From: Klebsormidium nitens
Taxonomy: Eukaryota; Plantae; Klebsormidiophyceae
DNA length: 64,000 nucleotides
Direction: 5' to 3'
Assembly: GCA_000708835.1 (NCBI GenBank)
Contig: DF237049.1
Coordinates: 62,001-126,000 of the forward strand
The notes under the pieces were generated by a model, which was not told where the DNA came from, did no database searches, and worked only from the letters and a program-made list of their open reading frames with translations. Below, in pieces: positions 50,326 to 61,513 of the stretch (within the stretch, counting starts at the first letter, position 1; every line of letters starts with the position of its first letter). The position numbers were made by a program, and so were the translations under genes.

Positions 50326-52616
50326 CTATTCGTAATACGAGTCGACAAGCGCCGCCAGGTCGTAGAACATGGACGGCACGAAGAAGGCGGCAGCGATGAT
50401 CGCCATCTGCGAAACGCGCAGCAAGCAATCAGCCAGGCAGCAGAGAAAACGTTTGAATGAGCATTGTGAAAAGCCCTTTCGGCGCCATCGAATCCTGCGT
50501 GATAGCAGCATGGAAGGGCACAGTCATAATCACGTATCGGGCACGTTCGCGAGCAGGTAAACCAGCAACAAAGTTGCAACTCGCTGGCTCTTAAAAAGCG
50601 GAGGAGTATGATCGTTTTTGGCCTCCTTCTGAGGACAATTGTGATCCTTTTGGACAGTCTGAATCCCCTTCTCCAGATGCAACAAACCCGTTCCTTTAGT
50701 TTTAGGGGATGCAGAAACCAGCCAGCAGGCGGCGAGGGCGTTTCCCTCCGTGGCACTCACCGCGGTGGCCGCTTTGGTCCTGGCGCAGAAGCTGTTGAAC
50801 GGGGTGGAGCCCTGGCAGGCCGTCCGCACGTAAATGTTCTTCAGCCCAAAGTCTGCACCGGGAAGGGAGTTTTAGACACAAGGGAAAGCCCAAGTGAGCT
50901 GAAGCTGGTGAACTTGTCCTTACCCATATCCGTCAAATCACTGCCTTGGATCCACTTTTTGCGGGCGTTTGCCCCCTAGCTGCTGACATGTTACCGCCAC
51001 AAGGAACCAGATTGGTAGTCGATCTCTCCAAAGAGAATTCCAAAGGTGATAAACTGATTCCGAGCTCTTCTGGTATCTCGAGATCGGGTCTGGTACAAGA
51101 TGAGCGCGGGGCTCGTCGATCTCGACGATCTTACCGTTGAAGGTGGTGATGCCCGCAGCTGCCGAGCCTGCTCCCAGGGCGAAGAACAACCCTATCTGCA
51201 GCCAACACGGTGGAGAGGGGGTGATTGGCATGAAATGTGCCAACGTCTAGCCGCAAAGATCTCGTTTATCAAAGACAGATGTTTCGTTCCTGGTTGCGGG
51301 CCGACCAATCCTGTAACCGATGCGAATCTAATTTTGACCTCTACACGGACAGTGCACTGGTACTTTGTTGAGAACGATACGAGCCTTTGAGTATCAGAAG
51401 TAGTTTGGAGAGTCGAAAGCCTAGCTCTGCTCGGAAAGGGCATGAAGACATTCAAAAACAAACAACAAAAACAATCCTTCGTGAAGAAACACATAGGCAC
51501 TTGTTTCTGATCCGACAAGGTGAGGTTTCGGAGACTCGACCGTTAAAAAGGTGAAGCTCTTGCAGTATATTGTACTCACTAGGGTTCGCGCCCAGAAGGA
51601 CCAAGGACTCACACAAGCTCGTAGCAATCATGCAAGAACAATGTAGAGGCGGCTGCTGGAGGGTGTTTCTGCAGCGTTTTGGAGGAGCATAACCGTGTAA
51701 TTCACCTTTCCAGGATTACTAATTAACAAACTAAGAAACGTCGGAAGCGCGGTTGAGGGCTTTTGGGGTGCGCTCACAAAGTCGATGAGCGTGACGAACC
51801 ACCAGAAGAGCAGCGCACGCACGGTGCGGCGCATGCAGCAGAGGATCAGGTCGACGCAGAGCATGAGCAGCGCCACCGCCGCGCTGATCACCGTGCCCGC
51901 CACAAGGAACGAGAAGGCGTAGTAGTTGCTGTACTTGATCCCGCCATTGCTCCTGCGCAGGGAAAGGAGAAGCGTGCTGGGAGCTCTGACAAGAGGCTGG
52001 TGGGCAGGTCTAGAAACAATCTGATGACAAGAAACCAGTCTTGAAGCAGGCATGGCTCAGGGGCCGGGTTACAGGCACCCGACAGGTAGAGACCGCAAAG
52101 CCTGATTATCGAAAAGAGAGCGTCAGAGACACAGCGGCGAGAATGCAGCGTCGATGGCGCAAGATATGTCGACGCACCCGGGCTGTCTGCGCCCAGATAA
52201 AAGACACTCTTCTTCCAAATGTCATCTGCAGCACCAGACCTTTCTCTTCAAGGGCATTCTTCTCCACGTGCAATGGAGGCCAGACTTGCCCTCCATCTTC
52301 TCTCCTCGCATCCTTCCTGATCCATCACAAATTCTCATTGCTACCAGTCCAAACCGTCCTTTCAAGGGCCGACCACAAAACCATACATGCTTTCAGAAGT
52401 GCCCACGAACCCTGGTCGCACTCACGGCCTGAGCGAGACCATGATGCCGAACGCGGAGACGGAGGCCGCCAGCTGCAGGAAGCGCAGGAGCGGGTCCAGC
52501 ACGTGCCACGCGGTGAAGCGCTTCTGCGTCGCGCCGCGCTTCTTCTTGCCGCCCGGCGCCTCCGCGCGCCGCGCCTCCTCAACATCCAGGGCGCCGCCCT
52601 TGCGCGGGGTAGACAT
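50326..52616 (-). CDS. CASP-like (DUF588/MARVEL-related) four-transmembrane protein, paralog 1
   Basis: Exons encode ...LDPLLRFLQLAASVSAFGIMVSL | SNGGIKYSNYYAFSFLVAGTVISAAVALL...WWFVTLIDF | IGLFFALGAGSAAAGITTFNG | ...TACQGSTPFNSFCARTKAATA | MAIIAAAFFVPSMFYDLAALVDSYYE*. The LR-Q, AFxFLV, D...AAA and FC...A pattern is typical of CASPL proteins. Confidence 0.8.
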
Positions 52617-53673
52617 GGCGGCTGAAGACTGTTGGCTTCACAGACGAGAATCTCTGAAGAAGGTCTATAAGTATCCAAAGGACTGTCAAACTTGTCGCGT
52701 CTCAGGATTTGCGCAAGGGCGAGCCTCACAGAATGCAGGGTCAGGACTTCCGATATCTGCCAAAAGGAACGGGGGTCTTCTCCTGGGGGCAAAATCGCAG
52801 CATCTGTCAAAAAGCAATTCTTTCTTGCGTTTCTGATCCCTTGGCGAGCGCGCCCTTGATCCGCTCTGCGGTATGTGAAGGGGAAAAGAGGAGTTCGGGC
52901 AGAACCGTTCAGGAATCTCGTGATTTACCTTGATGACTAAGTTCATCGCGGGCTCTTAATTTGGCATGCCTTCAGCTTCAGCATGTGAGCCTCGAAGTCG
53001 CATGTTAGATTCTGCATCGGATTCTCAGCGGGTCAAGGGTGCGGCACAAGCGGCTAGCTTGCGACCCGGGTAAGCTCATCAGGCCGCAAGCCCGCGTATG
53101 CATCGGGGAACGTCAAACTTTTCGAGTCTGGCCCAGGCTGGCGAGTTGACCATGCTGGAAGAACGAAGTTTGGTTGGGGTGTAGTCTTACCTTATGCGAC
53201 ATGAAAGAATCGCAATGTCGTCCGTACGGAGGAGGGGACTCAGCAACGCGCTGCGGCCACTTGTTTTCGAGGTCTATGCATGGCAAGTCAAAATTTAATT
53301 CAAACCGCAGTCTCTGAGCTACTGAGGGGAAGAAGGAACCAGCTTTGGGACAGAAATTGTTCCCTTGCGCCGCGAGCAGAAAAGCAGAGCCCCCAGCGGG
53401 CAAAACTCAAGAGACCGAGTGAAAGGGCAGGTTTTGTAAAAGAGAAGAAGCATCTCGGGGCCAGGTGAAAAGCACAAGATTTTGGTTGGCAAGAAAGGGG
53501 AGGATCGCGGAGTTGCACGGCGTCGAGATACTGTTGCTCGCGCGTTCTGCTTCTCGAGTCTTGCGTGTCTTCCTGTGCCTCTCCTTGCAGATTTATCCAG
53601 CCACATTTGGGAGTTTTTCTGGAGTGACCCGTGTTGAGAGCATCATACCTGGCTAAGACAGGCGTTTGCTAGC

Positions 53674-56309
53674 ATGGCACGCGGCGCGCCCCGGGCTGAG
53701 GAAGAAGCGCCGGCGCGGGGGACCGCCCCCGCGGGCAAAAAGAAGGAGAAGAAGGCGGGGGAGCACCGAGGGGGAAAGGGCAGAAAGTTAACGAACTGCA
53801 TCCGGTAAGGTGCCCGGGCATTGAAAGCCCACAATTGACCGGGTCTTGTGCGCTGCCAATGTGCTGCATTGCAAAAGATAAACAAGGAAAGGGCACAGTT
53901 GTGGACGATGAGAAGTGGATAGCTTGCTCTTAATGTTCTGCTGACTGCATTGCATCAGATGTGCTCCTGTCAGAATTATTTCCCTGCCTTTTGTTGCATG
54001 CAACTTGATTCGAGTCTGCAACGGAACCGATTCCCAAAAATCCTCATGTGTTATGCTGTGTGCTGTGCGGTTCTGTGCTTTCAGCCATTTCTCGCTTGTG
54101 TGAAGGATGGATTTGAATGTTTACATGAAAACTTCTTCAAAGTAAGACGACTCTTGGGTTAGATAGTGTGATTCTTTTAATCTCGACACGTGGCAAGGCT
54201 GACGGGCACTTCAAGTGTCCGTGATCTTTCCGATTAAGGTCGATATGCGTACACCCTTGTCAAAGGCGTCCGGATTGACACGGTGGTTTCTGTCCGTTTG
54301 AATTGCCCCAGACTTTGGCTCATGCTTATTTAATCTCTTTCTACTCAAAAGTTCATACACAGTCGACATGATCATGGAAGCAACTGTCTCCTCTCCTTGC
54401 AGCTTCGTGTGCCGGTTCATGCAGTTTGCGTCGGGGGTGGTGACCATTGGCGTCATCTCCGCCACTAAGGAGAAGGGCACCCACTTCTACGACTGGCAGG
54501 TCAGCGCGTCTTCTCGATTGCTCCTCATCGTCTGTTCTATCCCGAGACCACGACTTTGGAAAGATCGGTGTGGACACAGCGGCCTCATAAAGTGCGGCTC
54601 AAAAACTTTCTGCAGCGAGTACCGCGGTACATATCTATCCAATCTGCCTGCGCCAGTGCCCACTTGCTGATAAGTCAGCTTCTGGAAATGTTTTCTTTCC
54701 GTTCAAGCCGACGCAAGGACCGCTGTAGAGTCTTTCTCTCTACCTACTTTTTAAGCCACGAGAGGTCTCATACCCACAGACTGAGAGACCATCTGAAAGC
54801 ATCAGATGCTCTGAACTCCTCAGCAAATCCACGCCCAGGAAGCTCGATAATGCTATTCTATGAACACTTATTCCCCTTGCCAAAGTCCGCCCGGGGGCAT
54901 GTTCAAGAACACATGCCCTTGCAGTTTTGAATTCTTTTCGTCTCCGTTCCGGTCCCTGCTCATCTTTCTCGCGACTGCTGCCAATCCCACCTGTGTAAAC
55001 AATCTGAAACAAATGATGACATGCGCGCAGGCGTTCTCGTACTTGCTGGCGGGCGGCTGCTTCCTGGCCTTCTGGGGCCTCGTCACGCTCTTCTTCGACT
55101 GGTTCGACACTCTGGCGTGGCGCCTCATCATCTTCCTGGGGGACTGGGTGAGAGGCAAAAACCCCGTGTTCCTGAGAAACCGTCTTGCAAGCTTACATTC
55201 AAGCTCCCTCTGCCGTGCGCTGCACTTCATTCACGCAAGCTATACGTCAGGGGTCCCGGTGCTAAGGCGGCCGCGATCAAAATCCTCCATTCAAGATACT
55301 GAACGATTCCTTCAGACCTTCTGGTGCTTTTACTCTGGAAACTTTTTGACGCGTAGGAGTAGGAGAGTACCCTTCTCTTGCCGCTTAACATAGTGGAAGG
55401 TAAGAGTCGTTCCTAATCCTGTTCTGAAGCCGCCTGCTTCTGAACACCTGGGCACCTCGATTTTTGCGTCGCTTTCCACCCCGAAGCTCTCCTCTCAAGT
55501 CCTAACCTTGGGCAAGTCCTTTATCTCTCAAAGACACTTCTGAACCAGGTACCGAGGTCATTTGGTGCATGCCCGGCTCACGTAGGTGGATATTTGCGAA
55601 CACCGGCACTCGTGATTTATTTTGATCTACTCTGCGCAGATTGTCGCATTCATCGCGTTCAGCGCCGGGTGCGCGGCCGCAGCCATCACGACGTTCAACG
55701 ATAAGGGCGCACCGCCCTACCAGGCCGCCCTCTGCCGGGTAAGGACCGCCCACCACACAGGCCAGTGCAAGTTTTGAGAGAATTGATCGGAGAATGAGCC
55801 TTTCTTTGAGAGTAATGAGGGCAAAGCTTGTCCAACAGTCTGTACCGCTTCATTTGGTTCGCCGTTTCAGTTCTTCTGCTTGACCGTTTCCGCGCTCAAT
55901 CAGCGATGTTCGCTGATGGCGTATTTCAGCCCACAATCAACTTCCGAGCAAGACATTAGGAAGAGTGCTTAAACGGTCGAAAACTGCCGAAATTACATGC
56001 TTTTAAGCGGTTTGTAAGCTCTCGTCTCGTCTCAAGTCCAATAGACTGCAAAAGCAGACGGGTCTTTCTCATGCGGAGCGGCAAGCTGCTGCTCCTTGCT
56101 TGTGACGGCGCGCTGGTTGCAAGGTGTGCGCCTGCTGGTGTTTTGGTTAACGCAGAGGTTTTCCGTCGCAGGACACGGGCGGCGCGTACAACAAGATCTG
56201 CTCCTACTCGAAGGCGGCCACCTCGTTTGCGTTCATCGGCTTCGGCTTCCTCATCCCCACCATGTTCATGTCCGCCTTCTCGTTCTTCTCGAAGTACTAT
56301 GAAGGGTAG
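53674..56309 (+). CDS. CASP-like four-transmembrane protein, paralog 2
   Basis: Exons 53674-~53805, ~54401-54498, 55031-55147, ~55640-55739 and ~56172-56309 give ...FVCRFMQFASGVVTIGVISAT...FYDWQ|AFSYLLAGG...LIIFLGDW|IVAFIAFSAGCAAAAITTFN...LCR|DTGGAYNKICSYSKAATSFAFIGFGFLIPTMFMSAFSFFSKYYEG*. Confidence 0.8.
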
Positions 56310-57208
56310 ACTCGAGGAGGCGAAACGACGTCTGCCAAGGACCAGAAACGCGCGTAGCAAAACATAAGCAGGCAGCTCGATAGGTACGGCCGCGCATGTT
56401 ATACAGACTCTCCTTTCCACACAAGACTCGATACTGACTGGAGATACCACTACTTCACGTGCAGTATATTGGGGTTTGAAAATCAACGTGTGAATTCTGA
56501 CGTCCCAACTCCTCTCATTCAAGCTAGACGCAGTCCTGTGTCTCATGGCCGCCATGAGAGGTAGCCGGGCTTCGAATGCATGCCAGCTAGGCACCAAATG
56601 CGCATATCAGGCTTCAATCGCTGCGGTGCTAGGAAGGTGGCGTACATGGCCTCACGCACTTCTAATCAAGCACTCCGTTTTAATGCAAATGACTGGTGTG
56701 TCAAAAATTTTGGCACTTTTCTAATCACGTGCAAATGTCCCCCAGTGATCAGATCCACTACTAAAGCTGATGCTATTCAATCGTTCTCATTCTGCGTTGA
56801 TCAGTGTCTGCTACGGTTCGAGTCAGCGGCCTTCGGACTTTGTAGATCTGCGATTGACACACCTATCCCGCGCTCATTCTTCTAACCCGCGATTGATCTT
56901 CTGTTGTACAGCATCTGGAAGTCTGATCTTGCGCTCTTGATCTATGGCGCATCTGGCACCTATACTAGACTTCTTGATATCTTTCAACTTCCCAAGCCTG
57001 TAAGAAGATGGTTCTCACATCGTGTCTGGCAGTCGATCTACCTAGACTGACATTTCTTTGATCAAACAGTCGGGCCTTCGAGAGGACTGCTGTCCTTCTC
57101 AACACACCTCGCAATCCACAGCTACCTAACTTACGCCACCACTGTGGCATGCTTATTGGCCCTCCCGCGTACGGTTTCTCGGATCGTTCTCCCTAGAGCA
57201 TCAAACCT

Positions 57209-60010
57209 TCAACTCCGACCGTCCCCTTCTGAAGATGCTGGCAATCGAGCTGCTACATTCTTCGCCCTGTATCCCGACGCAAGCGGCTCCGCCCTGCGCC
57301 GCAGTTCCGCCAGCAGTCCGTTCTCCTGTTCAGAAGGGATCCTTTTCGTCCGCGCTTCCCGGCGCAGCCACTCGACCCCGAACTCGACCATGCGCCGCAT
57401 CTTGCCGTCCAGCTTTACCGCCTCCATCGGCAGGACCGCTGCTGTGAACGCGCCCTCCATCGTGCGGCTCAGCGCGCCCAGCGCCTGCGCGAGCAGCTTC
57501 TCGCGCGGGTCCGCCTCCTTATCGTTGTTTGCCGCCACCACAAGGTTCTCAAACATCGCGCACATCCGCTCGCTTTCTGACGTCACGCTCGCGTGCAGAA
57601 ACGCGTGCCGTTCCGACGGGGCGTTCTCGGTAGCGACCTCATTGATCGCGTCAAGAGCCGCCTGCATCTTGACGGCGAGTTCCGTTTCCGTTAGCGGCAT
57701 TCCGGCCACCAGAGTCCGCATCTGCTCCTCCGCTTCCGCACCGACCGCTGCGATCGCTGCCGCGGCAATGACCAGGTCCCCCCGGTCCATCTCATCCGCG
57801 CCGTTCATCGCCACCGCCAGACCCGCGAACCGTCCCGCCAGCTCGTCCACGTCAGCACTGATCTGCTCATAGATCCACTCCGGTACGGCATCCGTCAGCA
57901 GGCGGTGGCACTCGTCGCTGACCGTGTCCGCCACGTGCTGCAGGCTGTGCCCCAGCGCGTGCTCCTGGAGCGGCATATGCCCCGCCAGGAGCGCCACCTC
58001 GTGGTACAGCACGCGGCCGGCCGTACCCAAAACCCGCTCCAAACCCTCCCACCAGCCGCGGTGCCCGCTGCTGCTGGGCGCGTTGTCGGAAGGAGACGTG
58101 GCACCGTCTCTGCCGTCCCGTTCTTCTGAAGCCGACTCCGAACCCTTGATGACCTCTTCGGGGTCCTCTGAGGGCTCGGGTGACCGTCGGAAGATCTTCG
58201 TCTCGTGATGCTCTCGCCACTGTACGTTTTTCCGGGGACTCATGGGGGGCGAAATCACGCTGTTGGCGGCCCCCTCTTTACTGATCTGCGTCTTGAGATT
58301 GCTGCGCCGCCGCTCGAGGCGGTTCTGGGAAGAAACGGACGACAAGTGGGGTAGCTTAAGAGGTGGAGGTTCTTCCTTTATCGTCTCCGTCTTGAGCTCT
58401 GCAGTCTCGAGCTTTGAAGTCGCCGGGAGAGCTTCTGAGGCTGACTCCAGCTCAGCACAAGGGGCGGGCAATGTGTCCGCCATTTTCAGGAGGTTCTCGG
58501 CGGCTCGAATGACGTGCTGGTTGGCAAGTTTTCGCATCAGGGGGGTCACTTTTGGCCCCGGGGAGAGGGGGCGCTGCCGAAGGGGGGGCTCTTTGGCCAC
58601 GCTCATGCTGAGGACCTGCAGGAAGGTGAAGGAGAATTGGGCCCTGCTCACAAATGGCAAACGACTGCTTCTGCTTGTAGTGTTGCGTCCTGTTTTGGCC
58701 AGGACAACGCTTTAGGAAGCCGAAAACGAAGGCCTTCCACTCTCGTCCTCTCTGCGTTTGGGGATGCGTTGAATCCATCGACTTGACTGGACGTTCTTTT
58801 ACTTCTGTGGTTGTCTGACGGCATGCCATGGGAATTGGTCAAAAGCTTAGGGGAAGATTAAGGTCAAAAACCATTTTGGGTCTCCTTCTACAACGACCGA
58901 CGTTTCTTCCTACAGAATCTTTTCAGTTCCTTAAGGCTTGAGAATATACCTAAGAGAATATCATTAGCTGCACAAGCACCTGGTGGCTCGAAAGGGTCCC
59001 TCCTCTGGCATAAGCAAGTGATTACATGATTACACAAGCATGACCGATTACGCAAGAAGGTTGAAGAGTAAATGCGGCAATGACCATAGTTGGTACCCAT
59101 CACTTGATCAAACAAGAGCTTGACAAACTGTCAGCATGTACAACCTGTGGTGGATTGCATAACCCACAAATGATTCTACAAACAGAGGTTGCCTGCTGTT
59201 TCCCCAGCTTGATTGTCACCGTCTTTCAAAAACTCTGTTTGCTATTTTTGCCCATGTCAGAAAGCGGGTGTTCAGTGTCGTAGTATGCTGGACAGTTGGA
59301 CGCCTTCTCTTCCTCCTGTTCCTTCGTTCCAGTAAAACAAAGGAGGAAAATATCCTCGCTTTATCTTCTGCTCTACGATATCTCAGTCTTTGCCAAGGTT
59401 CATGTCATACATTGACGGATTCGCCCTTCTGTTTCGAAGCCGGTCAGCCTACCTGACTGGCCCACCTTACAGCCGACAGCAAAGCTCGAGCTGCCACTAT
59501 ACACATCTGTTCAATTTAGATTGCCAGAGGGTCCAGAGGATCCCTTACGGATGGCAGTAGGCCTACCTCAGTATCTCTGTTGCAGCGGCACAGTCAGAGC
59601 TCCTTTCTTTGTCCTTTGCATTTTCGGAGGTGATGAAGCGCTTCTTCGAAGTATGGAGATCTGCAAAACACAGTGTTGAATCATTTTTTGGAGTTTGAGC
59701 ATCGTTGGAGGTCCATCTCTACCTTTCAAGTTGGACGTTACGTGGGCTCTTCCACTTCAATCTCAGGTCTTGTGTTGCTGCTTACGATGAGACAATGCTC
59801 AGCATTGGGACTGATTGACTGATGTTCAAAATTCGGAGGACTGTCTCCAACCACAAACGACCCGCTCATTAGCTCTTCCCCCAGAGTGTCTAGAGCTGCA
59901 TCTGAGCCTGTCACAATGAGTTCACCAAACGTCGAGATATTGTGGAGCCTTACCTGTGCCTTCCTTGGAACCGGGGTCTTAAAGTGCTTGGGTTGAATTG
60001 GTTGGGTCAA
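57209..60010 (-). CDS. Hypothetical protein: disordered N-terminal part and alpha-helical C-terminal domain
   Basis: A 1.4-kb open GC-rich terminal exon (58615-57209) follows a polypyrimidine tract and CAG acceptor. Probable upstream exons lie at ~59565-59660 and ~59742-60010, but the 5' structure is unresolved. Confidence 0.6.
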
Positions 60011-61513
60011 TGCTTATCAGCATTGTTAGTGCGTTCGGCGGGCAAACGGAAGTAAGTCCTCCCGCCAAGGATGCAAACATCAGATTGTGTCCAGTTTCGA
60101 ACAGGAGGGTCGACTTTGATTAGTCAATCCATCCACTTTCAGGATGTCAACCTAGAACACCTTATGGTTCTTTCACAAAAGGCCATGAAGCAGCAATTGC
60201 ACCACTCTTAATGAGCACGCATCCTAAATGTGCGCGTTCTTGAAGCATTGTTCAATCCCTGCGCACAAGATTCAACGGGAATACTGAGCGCCTTCCTACT
60301 CCCTAAAAGTGCTCTGAAACAATCTCTCTGGTTTAACGGCCCCGAGCAAGGATCTTTGATGCCTTTTTGAGTTCGAGGCGTTACTCTGGCACAGCATTCA
60401 ACTTCAGCAGCCTGCTTTCCTGTTTGTACAGTAAATGATGACATGCAGAATGTCATCATTAACAATGCCTAACCTCGCATAATTGATGGCCAACGCCAGC
60501 AACGCCGCCGGCGCGCTTGCGTCACACTTGTGAGTCTTGTGGCACACTACAGAAAGCGCTCACAAAGACAACATCATTTTTGCAGCATACATAAATCCCA
60601 ACCGTCGGCTGATTGGAGAACAGCCGCGCGCTGATATCGTGTAGACTACTCTTGCGACCCGCGTCTCTGTGTCTTTAGCGAACCGTCGATGCGTCAACTT
60701 CAAGCATCTACCATGGTCCAGTATGCTCAAACTCAAAGCTGCACCGTCGCTCTAGTTGCTTGAATCATCATCATCATGGTGTACGTGTCCAGCGCCAGCA
60801 CTGGCGCAAGTAGTACAAAGAACTCAGTTGTAAAAGTGTTAACAAGCCAGTGTTACCTGGGCCAGCCTTCTGAGCCGCACGATTGATGTTCACCCTGTAC
60901 CACACGCTCGACCGTGATTGCATTTCCGAAAACTTAGTGTTCAGATGCGGGCACCGGGGAGCCAAACATCTTCAACGCGGTACCTAAGGCTAGTGCCTAC
61001 CATGCTGATCTAAATACGCTGCGCAAAGCCCGGGGCACGAAAATCCGTCTTCCGGTCAAAACCACCGGGGAAGGTATGCCTGCCGTGCGAAGGCGTTAGT
61101 AGTTTTGGCCAGGGTTAAGGGGCTAAAGACATTCCAACCAAGTCTAGTCATCTAAGCCAGGCACTCCTAGCATTTACCCGACTCTCATAGGAAGCTCGGT
61201 GACTTGGTTTGCGGTGGACCGGAGGTGTCAACAGCTGTGGCACCGAGCACTTTTACCGGTCAGAATGTTTAGACACAGAGGTTTTCAGGGTATTGGAACA
61301 CTTGATGTTCACACTTTTACAACTGAGTTCTTTGACCTTTTTGCAGCACGGGCAGCAGCACCTGGAGAGGACGCAGCAGCAGGGGCGGTATGCTCCTCCA
61401 CTTGCTCTCTAGCTGAGTCTAATAGTTCAACTTCAAGAGGTGAATTGGGTCACAGCCAGCGCTATCTGGCTGGAGGTCACCACTCTTTTGTCCTGTTTGT
61501 GGGGCGGGCTGCG

